Shown: positions 8,393 to 16,622 of the stretch, piece by piece
Numbering within the stretch: the stretch's first letter is position 1
Layout: each line of letters begins with the position of its first letter
Virus record (IMG/VR): IMGVR_UViG_3300031841_005832
Strand: one strand, 5' to 3'
Length of the DNA stretch: 20,000 nt
DNA from: an uncultured virus (IMG/VR IMGVR_UViG_3300031841_005832)
Lineage: Duplodnaviria; Heunggongvirae; Uroviricota; Caudoviricetes
Translations under genes and position numbers: made by a program
Notes under the pieces: model-generated
Databases searched by the model: none
What the model saw: only the letters and a program-made list of their open reading frames with translations
What the model was told of the DNA's origin: nothing

Positions 8393-8815
8393 TCATTTTA
8401 GACGCCTTGTTTGAATAGACATCTCTTCTAAAATTGAGATCGAAGACTCATCTCTGTAAAGGTCTTTGTAGATAACCTCAGAGATTCCAGAGTTTATGAT
8501 TGCTTTTGCACACATTCTGCACGGAAGAAGAGTTACGTACATCTTCTTCTTTTTCGGATTGTTGTAGTCCATCTTGAGAAGCGCGTTGATCTCCGCGTGA
8601 AGCATACCTGACTCGCCTGGAATTACAGATTCTACCTCGTTAGGTCCACCTGAGTAGTTTCCATTGTATCCCACAGCGAGGACTTGAGTATTATCTTCAG
8701 TTACTACAATTGCCCCGACTTTATGACGAGGGTCATAAGATCTTTCGGCCAGGGCTTCGGCGGTCTTCATCCAGACTTCGTCCCAGGTTGGTCTAGAATT
8801 CATAGAATACCTCAA
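8393..8815 (-). CDS. dCMP deaminase
   Basis: RPTWDE, VGAIVV, GYNG, HAEINAL and PCRMC zinc motifs all intact. Confidence 0.93.
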   Translation of the reverse strand: MRYSMNSRPTWDEVWMKTAEALAERSYDPRHKVGAIVVTEDNTQVLAVGYNGNYSGGPNEVESVIPGESGMLHAEINALLKMDYNNPKKKKMYVTLLPCRMCAKAIINSGISEVIYKDLYRDESSISILEEMSIQTRRLK

Positions 8816-9699
8816 GTCTTCTCAGAAGATTGTTTCTTCCTGGTTGTTCTTTTTGGTTTGTCAAAGATATCTTCAACATGCTTGTTCTTTGGAAGCTGAA
8901 ATCCTGCAGCTTTTTTGTGTCCTCCTCCGCCGAACTTCTTCGAAATTTCAGAAACATCGACAGTGTCGTGAAACGCTCGAAGACTAACTTTAGTGTGCTG
9001 AGCGTCGTGATCCCAGTACCATATCATTGCAAAGTCACAGTCAGGTGCAAGTCTAGTTCCAATCTCAGACATCCAGTGAGAAGCGTTAACTACAAGGACC
9101 TCTTTGTCGTCAAGCTTTCTAAGCTGAGCTTTTTCACAAACCTTCTTGACGACCGTCTTTGAGTATGCAAGAATGTAACTTCCTCGCTTTACAGCGTCGT
9201 CAAACACAGAGTCGTCTTCAAACTTCTCGAACTCCTCAAACTCAAAAGGAACCATGTCAAAAGCAGCGCTAAACTCTTTGGAGTAGTCAAGCTCCCAAGT
9301 CCAAAGGTCCCTATCCTGGATGTATTTCACGAACTTGGGAGGCTCTTTCCCAGGGTGAAAGAACTCCCACGAAAGAATTGCTCCTGACTTTGTCATGTCA
9401 AAGTGAGTGTTTGATATGTCGTGAAGCTCTACCATCGCTGACTTGTGGTGATCTATTACGAGAAGACTGTTTGCCTCCTCTATCATTTTCTTGGTGGTCG
9501 GGTTATCAAAGGAAAAGTCTAGAATCACTACGTTCTTTCCCTTAACATCTGGGGGCGGTGTCCCGTGTTTGCAAGCATGATATTCTGCCCTGTTGCCTAA
9601 AAGCTTCCACGCAGAGTACGCTGCACCGAAACCGTCTGTACAATCTGCGTGATATATAACGCAATCTACACTAGAGGGTTCAAGCATTTTCTTCTCCAA
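8812..9699 (-). CDS. DHH/DHHA1 family phosphoesterase
   Basis: YHADCTDG, ILDFS, IDHHKS, DRDLW, SLR and FGGGGHKKAAGF motifs. Confidence 0.92.
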   Translation of the reverse strand: MEKKMLEPSSVDCVIYHADCTDGFGAAYSAWKLLGNRAEYHACKHGTPPPDVKGKNVVILDFSFDNPTTKKMIEEANSLLVIDHHKSAMVELHDISNTHFDMTKSGAILSWEFFHPGKEPPKFVKYIQDRDLWTWELDYSKEFSAAFDMVPFEFEEFEKFEDDSVFDDAVKRGSYILAYSKTVVKKVCEKAQLRKLDDKEVLVVNASHWMSEIGTRLAPDCDFAMIWYWDHDAQHTKVSLRAFHDTVDVSEISKKFGGGGHKKAAGFQLPKNKHVEDIFDKPKRTTRKKQSSEKT

Positions 9700-10261
9700 G
9701 TTCCTGATTCATAAATGAGGTATGTGTCCAGGCTCTAGGTTCATAAATATCAGAGCCCCCTACCTCAATTTCTTTAGCTATTTCTTTTTTTCTAACAGTG
9801 TAATAAGCGTCTGCACCTGATCTCGGGCAAACCGCGGGACAAATCTCTATCTTCGTGGCCCACGGAAGTATGTCTCTAATTTCTTCAAAAACCTGGCCCG
9901 TGGCTGATAACTGTATGGAAGAAACTATTATTGACTTTCCTTTTTTGAAGAGTTTTACAAGAACGTCTGCAACTCCGTCTATCATGAAAGCTTCATCAAC
10001 GGCAATCACGTCATAGTCTTCAGCTTTTTGTAGTATCTCTGCTCCGGAGTTGATGTTTCGGGCAGTGAACTTCATGCCTGTGTGGGTCACGATTTCTCCC
10101 TCTGAGTACCTGTTGTCCATCTTAGGCTTGAACGCTATAACCTTCTTGTTCTGGTAAGAAGCTCGCTCAATAGCTGCTAGCATCTTTGTGGTTTTTGAGC
10201 CAAACATCGGGCCTGTAAAAACTATGAAATAGGGCTGTTGTATCAATGCAGTATCTCTCAT
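9680..10261 (-). CDS. tdk: Thymidine kinase (type II), divergent
   Basis: GPMFGSKTT P-loop, KPKMDNRYS, IAVDEA and IEVGGSDIYEP; zinc-binding cysteines mostly absent. Confidence 0.88.
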   Translation of the reverse strand: MRDTALIQQPYFIVFTGPMFGSKTTKMLAAIERASYQNKKVIAFKPKMDNRYSEGEIVTHTGMKFTARNINSGAEILQKAEDYDVIAVDEAFMIDGVADVLVKLFKKGKSIIVSSIQLSATGQVFEEIRDILPWATKIEICPAVCPRSGADAYYTVRKKEIAKEIEVGGSDIYEPRAWTHTSFMNQELGEENA

Positions 10262-10273
10262 TCACTCGTTAAA

Positions 10274-10294
10274 GTGTGAAATAAATATTCACAC
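10274..10294 (-). terminator. Short stem-loop, possible weak terminator or regulatory hairpin
   Basis: GTGTGAA/TTCACAC 7-bp arms in the intergenic gap, only three T after it on the minus strand; overlaps an ATATTTA motif. Confidence 0.3.
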
Positions 10295-10304
10295 AAAAAG
10301 CAGG

Positions 10305-11222
10305 TCATTTCTCGTGTATCCAGTGAGCACTGTTTAATTTAAGATCAATAGAGTAAGTTTTACAATTTAAAAAATACTTTTTAGAAAGTCTAAGAACGAG
10401 AAAGTTAAGAAATTCAATGTCTATCTTGGCGTTCTTGTCTGCGTTAGTACTCCTAAAAGTAGAAACGCAAGAAACGTGATCTCCTCTAGGTAAAAGATGG
10501 ACAGAAGAAATACAAGAATCAGAGCTGTAGTAAAATCTTCGACTGGACATGTCCTGCTTTGAATTGTAAGGATTTAAACCTCTTAATTCCTTGCGTATGA
10601 CATTTTCAAGATCCCACAATATTTCTTTATAGTAATGACCCTCTAAAGGATCCAGAAGTATTGTTTCGTCTTCTGGATCATCAAGAGAGCCTGATAACTT
10701 ACATTGAATCTGATGCTCGTCAGATTCGTGGTTCTTAACAAACTTTCTCACCATGTCGCCGACAAAAGAACAAGACTCACTTTCAGAAGATTCTAAGAAA
10801 TCAATGCTCAAATCTAAAAGATCGTCGTCGATATTTCTAAGAACTAGAACACTAGGTAAATCCTGTATCTTCTCAACTTCTTCTTCATAAATTCCGTGAA
10901 GATATCTAAGAGTGTCAAGCGTCTGAATTTCGTCGCCTCGGGAAATATACCGAGATCTAAGAACAGAAAATTCTGGTAGAATTATTATCATTCTGTTGTT
11001 GATGTTTGAAAGCTCTTCTTTGAGACGCTGTCTTTCAATATCAACATTTCTTCCGAATTGCCTCGAGAAGCAGATTCTAGAAAGAGCACTTCTGTCCCTG
11101 ATGTCCCACTTGAAAAGCGTTGCTTTATGAATCTTATTGTATAAAGTAGTCTTTCCTGAGAGGTCTGGCCCTTCTAAAGAAACTGTGTTTATCTTAAAAA
11201 TCTTTTGATCAATCATATGCAT
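10305..11222 (-). CDS. dNMP (thymidylate-kinase-like) kinase fused to a C-terminal thymidylate-synthase-like domain
   Basis: N-term EGPDLSGKTT...DRSALS...RGDE; C-term SRR...C...SC...FRSTN...D...SAH follows the order and spacing of the ThyA/dCMP-hydroxymethylase core. Confidence 0.72.
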   Translation of the reverse strand: MHMIDQKIFKINTVSLEGPDLSGKTTLYNKIHKATLFKWDIRDRSALSRICFSRQFGRNVDIERQRLKEELSNINNRMIIILPEFSVLRSRYISRGDEIQTLDTLRYLHGIYEEEVEKIQDLPSVLVLRNIDDDLLDLSIDFLESSESESCSFVGDMVRKFVKNHESDEHQIQCKLSGSLDDPEDETILLDPLEGHYYKEILWDLENVIRKELRGLNPYNSKQDMSSRRFYYSSDSCISSVHLLPRGDHVSCVSTFRSTNADKNAKIDIEFLNFLVLRLSKKYFLNCKTYSIDLKLNSAHWIHEK

Positions 11223-14200
11223 CTATCTTCTTCATCTTGTAACAACTAGTTGAATATCCCCAGGCCTCATCGTGAGAAACGTCGGCAACCCACATGCTGT
11301 ATGGCAAAATAGATTCCTTTGGATTGCCCCAAACTCGGAGCCAGACCGACTTGTAAGAGTTGTTGATGGCTTTGATTCTGTGAAATATTTTTCCATTCTT
11401 TGTCTTTTTTTGAATTACCTCAGTCGCACAAAGCCACCCTATGCCTCTTTCTCCTGCTGGGATATCATGAATAGAGGCCATGTTCTTTTCTTCGATTCTA
11501 GAGATAAGCTCTGGCGGAAACACGAGATCAGCTGCGGCGCCTGATGTTATGTCGACGTAGTTTGCGATCTTTTCATGACGGCTCCAGTCCGGGAGGTTTT
11601 CATACTTTTCAATTAGCCTCTTGACAATGGGAACGAGCATCTCATCGTTTTTCTGTGCTCTCTTCACCTGAGTTTTTGTCATTCCATAAAAACCTTTTCG
11701 AAGAGTGTCATAGTTCTTGTCGTCTGTTAGAACTGCCAAGAGTTGTCTGTGATTTTCAATGGACCCCGTCTTGAAGTCTTCAAGCGTAGAAAGAGCTTCA
11801 ATCTTGCAAAGAGAGGTAAAAGCCGTTTTATTTACTTTCGAGTGCTTCCAGGTTCCGTCTTCGTTGTAAAGAAGATTGTTTAGATCTTTGTAGGGCCTCA
11901 TGTTAATCATCTCAAACATAGCGGCATTACCCAAACCTTTTACCGAAGACAAAGGAGGAACAAAAGCGTTAACATCCTCAGAGAAAGACCATTGCTCGCC
12001 TGACAGGTTTATATCTGCTGGAGCAAATTCATAACCGTAGCTCTTTATCTCAGACATGGTTTTTGCAAGCCCTGCCGGACTGTTATTCTCAGACTGAAGA
12101 ATCGTTGCCAGCCATTCTTTTTCGTAATGAGTGTGAAGCCAAGCTGCGTAATAAGAGTCAATAGCATAAGCGACGGAGTGTGACTTATTGAAACCGTAGG
12201 CAGCAAATGCTTCGATTGTTTCCCATAGTCTGGTCGATATCGATCTATCTACTCCATGGAGAGATTCAGCCCCTTCGATGAACTTTTGTTTTGCAACCTC
12301 TCGCTCGTTCATCTTGCCGTCAGCTGTATCAAGAGACTTTTTAACCAAAGTCTTTCGAAGCTTGTCAGAATCTCCGGGAGAGAAACCGGCTAGCTCAGAC
12401 GCAAGGGTCATGAATTGCTCTTGAAAGACGACGAACCCAGAAGTAGGACCCAGAACTTTTTCAATAATAGGGTGGTCATACGTTATGCTAGAAGCATCTT
12501 TCTTGGCTTTTACATATTTCCTATGAACGTTTGCCTTCAAAGGTCCTGGACGATAAATCGCAGTGATAGCAGCAAGGTCCTCTATAGACTCAGGCTTTGC
12601 CTGGAGACAGAACTTTCGAGCGCCTGCATTAGTAAACTGAAAGACGCCTGTGAAGTGACCGTCATGATAAACATGTTTCCAGACACCTAAATCATCCTGA
12701 AGCACGTTTCTGCAGTTAAGCTTCTCATCAAAAAAGTCTTTGACATCTGCAAACGTAGGAGAAGGATTGCCTTCTTTCTTGAGAACCCGGAATATACAGT
12801 TCTCCACATCTTTCAAAAGAGTAAGTCCAAGAAAGTCAAACTTTAGAAAACCGTTTGCTTCCAAAGTTCTGAAGTTCATGCCTTCTGTCCACGGAGTCTG
12901 TAGTTCACCTCGAACTCCAATGATCGGCATAGTCTTTTCAAGCATTTCAGAAGGAGCTATGATTACACCACCTGCATGTCGACCAATAGATCTGTTTTCC
13001 ATGAAGAGAGTTTCAACGTGCTTTCCAACTTCCGGATACTTTTCCATGAAGTCTTTGTACCCCTTGGAGTGATTCATGCTATCTTCGTGAGTAAGAACGA
13101 ACACAGACTTTTCAATGTCATCACCTTTTGCCATAGACATGACTTCATCTTGAAGAGGACCTGTCATTTTATTGACTTCGTCAAACGGAACCTTATAAAA
13201 CTTTGAGATATCCTTGACAAGAGACTTAAGCTTAAGAGTGTTAAAATTAGAAACAGGAATAACTGAGTCTTCACCGTACAACTCCTTAGCAGAATCGATA
13301 AGGGCATCTCGGTCGCCGGCGTCTGTGTCGATGTCAGGCCAGGAAGCCTTATGACGTCCTAGAAAGCGATTCCAAAGAAGCCCATATGGAATGGGATCTA
13401 TCTGAGTTATTCCTAGCAAGAAATTAACAAGAGAGCCGCCGCCTGAACCTCGACCAGGGCCTAGCAAGGTTCTGTCCTTAGCCTTGTTGAAGATCTCGTA
13501 CATCGCCAGGAAGTAAGCTTCATGTCCTAGATACTTTATATCAGAGAGTTCTTCTTTTGCTCGAGCAATATACTCAGGTTTATCAGCGAATCCTTCTCGA
13601 ACTAGGCCGTCTTTAATTAGATCTGAGAGCATTGAAAATGCGGTTTTCTCAGGGGTTCCGAAATGAGGTAGCTTGGCTCCTGTGTCTATCCACGTATCAT
13701 CACACATTTGCCATGCTATGTCGTGTGTTCTTTCGATAGCACCCTTAACAAGATCTTCTTTGCCGTGATAAAAGTCGTATTCTTCGTATCCTAAGTGAAA
13801 CTCTTCCCACATCTGCATCGCGTTCTTGGGGTAGAGCATACACTTCATTTCTTCTTTTTTCGGAAGAGTCTGTTCGTCAAGTTTTGCACCAATCCACCCG
13901 AGCTTCTTGTAAAGCTCGCGGGCTTGCCATTTGTCGGTCGAAGGAAAGTGAGAGTCAGCTGTAGCTACAAGCGGAATGCCTGTCTTTTCGGATAGATTCA
14001 TCAAGCACATGTTTGTAAGGTGCTGTGCCGAAAGGTTATTAAACTGTATCTCGAGAAAGAAGTTGTCGCGGCCTACGCAGTCAACAAATCTATCTGCAGC
14101 ATTTTCTAGGCTGGTCATGACTTCTTTAGCAAGAGACTCTGCTTGAGGGCCTCGTAAAAGATCGGGATGAAGATCTAAGAAAGTCTTGTCAGGAAATTGT

Positions 14201-14874
14201 CGATAAATAAGAGAAGAGGGATAGCCTCCAACACAAGCTGTAGAGACTACAAGACCTTCTCCATGTTCTTTGAGCATTTTATAGTCGATTCGAGGGAACC
14301 GATAAAAGCCGTGCTTGTATGACTTCTTCACAAGAGTAAAGAGATTACCGAGACCGACTTTGTTCTTAGCTATGACAACGAGGTGATAATACCTTTTCCA
14401 TTCAGGCTTGTTACCCCTAGCTCGCTTAGTTTCCTCTTCATCTTCGATGATCAAACCACCTTGCTCAAGGTCATCTTCTGCGTCTACGACGACAGGAGAC
14501 TTAGCAAGAGATTCTTTTCTTTTCGCAGTCTTTGCATCTTTGACAGCCTGCTGGTGAGCTTCATATTGAGACTTCCAATCGTCAAGAGAAGGAACAAAAT
14601 AAAATTCAACACCGTAGAGCTGTCGATACTTTTTGCCTTGCTTTTGGATCTTTTCAGCGTGGACCCTAGCGTGAGCAAGGCCAGAACCATTTCCGTGATC
14701 TGTCAAAGCCCATGAATCCATGCCCTGGCCCTCAGAGACAATGAAATCTATGTGATCCTTAGGATAACCTAGGCCATCAAATGTACTGAAAGAAGAGTGA
14801 GCATGCAAACCTGTAAACCGGGTAGGTGCTCGATTGAAGAATTCTGATTTTGAAATCTTTGTCATATGTTCCAT
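11209..14874 (-). CDS. dnaE: DNA polymerase III alpha subunit (family C, DnaE type)
   Basis: LHAHS, LTDHG, GPGRGSGGGSLV, PDIDTD, HAGGVII, KFDFLGL, GVFQF, RPGP, FQEQ, YGFNKSH. SD spacing favours the second ATG at 14865. Confidence 0.97.
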   Translation of the reverse strand: MEHMTKISKSEFFNRAPTRFTGLHAHSSFSTFDGLGYPKDHIDFIVSEGQGMDSWALTDHGNGSGLAHARVHAEKIQKQGKKYRQLYGVEFYFVPSLDDWKSQYEAHQQAVKDAKTAKRKESLAKSPVVVDAEDDLEQGGLIIEDEEETKRARGNKPEWKRYYHLVVIAKNKVGLGNLFTLVKKSYKHGFYRFPRIDYKMLKEHGEGLVVSTACVGGYPSSLIYRQFPDKTFLDLHPDLLRGPQAESLAKEVMTSLENAADRFVDCVGRDNFFLEIQFNNLSAQHLTNMCLMNLSEKTGIPLVATADSHFPSTDKWQARELYKKLGWIGAKLDEQTLPKKEEMKCMLYPKNAMQMWEEFHLGYEEYDFYHGKEDLVKGAIERTHDIAWQMCDDTWIDTGAKLPHFGTPEKTAFSMLSDLIKDGLVREGFADKPEYIARAKEELSDIKYLGHEAYFLAMYEIFNKAKDRTLLGPGRGSGGGSLVNFLLGITQIDPIPYGLLWNRFLGRHKASWPDIDTDAGDRDALIDSAKELYGEDSVIPVSNFNTLKLKSLVKDISKFYKVPFDEVNKMTGPLQDEVMSMAKGDDIEKSVFVLTHEDSMNHSKGYKDFMEKYPEVGKHVETLFMENRSIGRHAGGVIIAPSEMLEKTMPIIGVRGELQTPWTEGMNFRTLEANGFLKFDFLGLTLLKDVENCIFRVLKKEGNPSPTFADVKDFFDEKLNCRNVLQDDLGVWKHVYHDGHFTGVFQFTNAGARKFCLQAKPESIEDLAAITAIYRPGPLKANVHRKYVKAKKDASSITYDHPIIEKVLGPTSGFVVFQEQFMTLASELAGFSPGDSDKLRKTLVKKSLDTADGKMNEREVAKQKFIEGAESLHGVDRSISTRLWETIEAFAAYGFNKSHSVAYAIDSYYAAWLHTHYEKEWLATILQSENNSPAGLAKTMSEIKSYGYEFAPADINLSGEQWSFSEDVNAFVPPLSSVKGLGNAAMFEMINMRPYKDLNNLLYNEDGTWKHSKVNKTAFTSLCKIEALSTLEDFKTGSIENHRQLLAVLTDDKNYDTLRKGFYGMTKTQVKRAQKNDEMLVPIVKRLIEKYENLPDWSRHEKIANYVDITSGAAADLVFPPELISRIEEKNMASIHDIPAGERGIGWLCATEVIQKKTKNGKIFHRIKAINNSYKSVWLRVWGNPKESILPYSMWVADVSHDEAWGYSTSCYKMKKIDAYD

Positions 14875-14914
14875 TCCTCTTGGTTGTGTTTTAATTTTAA
14901 CACAAGAGGAATGG
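14871..14914 (-). promoter_or_regulatory. Hairpin that covers the dnaE ribosome-binding site
   Basis: CCATTCCTCT (14871-14880) pairs with AGAGGAATGG (14905-14914), plus TGTGTT/AACACA inner arms; 16 bp with one 4-nt bulge. Confidence 0.75.
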
Positions 14915-14921
14915 ATTTACA
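14894..14921 (-). promoter_or_regulatory. Putative promoter TGTAAA-N16-TAAAAT upstream of dnaE
   Basis: Same two boxes and spacing recur at 17762-17789; sigma70-like -10 with an upstream TG. Confidence 0.6.
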
Positions 14922-14951
14922 CAGATTTATAGGATTTTATAGAAATGATTT

Positions 14952-15404
14952 TTATTCGATTGCTTGATCGTAAGGCTCTTCAATTAAGGTGCCCTCGGCA
15001 TTGCACCGATCGAGGTAGTCTTCAAGCTCTTCGAAAGAAGTGCAGACCTTAATACCGCTTCGAGCAAGCATCAAATTAAATTTAGCGCCTGCAGGAAGCC
15101 CTGCGCAGAAATAGACGATAGGAACTTCGTTGGCAAAGGCAAAGCCTGCTTCCCAAATAGTACCGATATCTTTATCGCGCGTGTTAACGATCAAAAAGTC
15201 AGCTGTCTTGATGTGATGTAAGTTTCCATCAAAGGTAGCATCCTGGGTTTCTTTTGGAGCATTCGGTGGGCAAACAAAGATTCGACGAGGTGATGCCAAA
15301 TCGATCCATTCTCGCTCATCACAAATCGCTTCAAGTCTAGATAGTTCTTCTGCTTGAGTTGGGTTAAACCAGCCTGATGCTAAATAAATCTTACGTGTTG
15401 TCAC
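14952..15404 (-). CDS. Nucleoside 2-deoxyribosyltransferase / nucleotide N-glycosidase family protein
   Basis: IYLASGWF, SP, ADFLIV and DIGTIWEAGFAFA..VPIV (catalytic Glu motif D-x-G-T-x-x-E-x-G). Confidence 0.88.
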   Translation of the reverse strand: MTTRKIYLASGWFNPTQAEELSRLEAICDEREWIDLASPRRIFVCPPNAPKETQDATFDGNLHHIKTADFLIVNTRDKDIGTIWEAGFAFANEVPIVYFCAGLPAGAKFNLMLARSGIKVCTSFEELEDYLDRCNAEGTLIEEPYDQAIE

Positions 15405-16384
15405 TTCGTACCTCCAAATTCGTTTTCGTAGTTAGTCTTGAGAGTGTTGAACTCTTCCATTAGTTCACGCCACATTGTTGTGAATACCTTTTCACCTTCA
15501 CCATGTGTACCGTTTAGTTCTTCACGTCGACACTGATAAATGGTGTCTTGTGGGTGGTGTTCGAACTTATCGTTCTTAGGTTCTGGATAATAAAGATTTG
15601 TACCTCGTGAGATCCACTTGTCACCTTCCTGTACACGGAATGTCTTGATGTAGTGAACATCAGGGGCATCGAAGTTGAAAACCTGTGTTAATTCAGGAAT
15701 CGCCTTACATGCAGCAATCGCCATTTGTGCTGCAAGAATGTTATCAGCAGCAGGTTGAATTTGCCTGTCCTGACGTTGTCGAACAAAACCAATGAGATCC
15801 TTGAGATTCAACCGCATGTAATAGAATGAGGTCATCGCCTTAGGAAGAATCATTCTAGCATCCATCATCGAAATAGTCTTCGAATCGGTCATGTCGGCAT
15901 ACAGCTGCTTAGAATCCTCAACGAGTTTCTTGTAGCGTGCAAGAAATTCAGGTGAGTTTTCAACAGATTCTGGAATCACAGCATCATCGTCACGAAGGTC
16001 ACGGTCACCTGTACATTGTGCAGCGAAAGAACCAGCACGGTGTCGAATGATGTGAGTTACTTCTTGAAAGGAAAGACCTGACAACCTGAAAGTGAAACCT
16101 AAACATTCCATTGGAGTTGGTAATGCCCGAAACTGTAGAACATCCAGAAGGTTCTTGCTCTTGTGTTCATCAGCAGCAGTTGTAGGATCGATCTCGCTTG
16201 GCTGATCTGCCCAGGTCGCCTTCACATAGTGCCAAGCAACATTACGTGCTTGTTCAGTTGTAGGCGCATCCACGAGTTCTGTCGTAAGCGCACGAAGGTT
16301 GTTGTGGAAAGTTGTGGTAGGTTGTTGACCAAACTTCAACTCCATTGGAAGTTCAATCGGTTCAAGATCATTATTGATGGGCAT
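15401..16384 (-). CDS. thyX: Flavin-dependent thymidylate synthase (ThyX)-like protein, divergent
   Basis: TPME..FTF, RHRxxSF, DARMILP and NLKDLIGFVRQR; the RHRx7S serine is Cys. Confidence 0.85.
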   Translation of the reverse strand: MPINNDLEPIELPMELKFGQQPTTTFHNNLRALTTELVDAPTTEQARNVAWHYVKATWADQPSEIDPTTAADEHKSKNLLDVLQFRALPTPMECLGFTFRLSGLSFQEVTHIIRHRAGSFAAQCTGDRDLRDDDAVIPESVENSPEFLARYKKLVEDSKQLYADMTDSKTISMMDARMILPKAMTSFYYMRLNLKDLIGFVRQRQDRQIQPAADNILAAQMAIAACKAIPELTQVFNFDAPDVHYIKTFRVQEGDKWISRGTNLYYPEPKNDKFEHHPQDTIYQCRREELNGTHGEGEKVFTTMWRELMEEFNTLKTNYENEFGGTK

Positions 16385-16622
16385 TATTTAACTCCTTGCT
16401 GTTGTTAATGTGATCTTCAATCATTACAGATGCGGTTGTGTATCCTTCTCTGTTACATCTAGTATCGCCTAAAACCATCCAAATGTACATTAGATAATCA
16501 GAAAAAACATCTTTTAGAATCTTTCTTTCTCTCAGCGAAAATTTTTCTTCTGGAAACCTTTGGTGTTCAATGGTTTTGACCATCGCATCATGGGCGATTC
16601 CCCAACCCGCTTGATACATCAT
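16371..16622 (-). CDS. Hypothetical protein
   Basis: 83 aa, ATGA overlap with the upstream gene, GGAG upstream. Confidence 0.65.
   Translation of the reverse strand: MMYQAGWGIAHDAMVKTIEHQRFPEEKFSLRERKILKDVFSDYLMYIWMVLGDTRCNREGYTTASVMIEDHINNSKELNNAHQ

Noticed and set aside
14484..14690. Nested same-strand 68 aa ORF inside dnaE
   Set aside because: Alternative-frame by-product with no SD or recognisable features.
11209..14874. Intein or intron in dnaE
   Set aside because: Length is typical, motifs are in normal order, and no intein or homing endonuclease motifs are visible.
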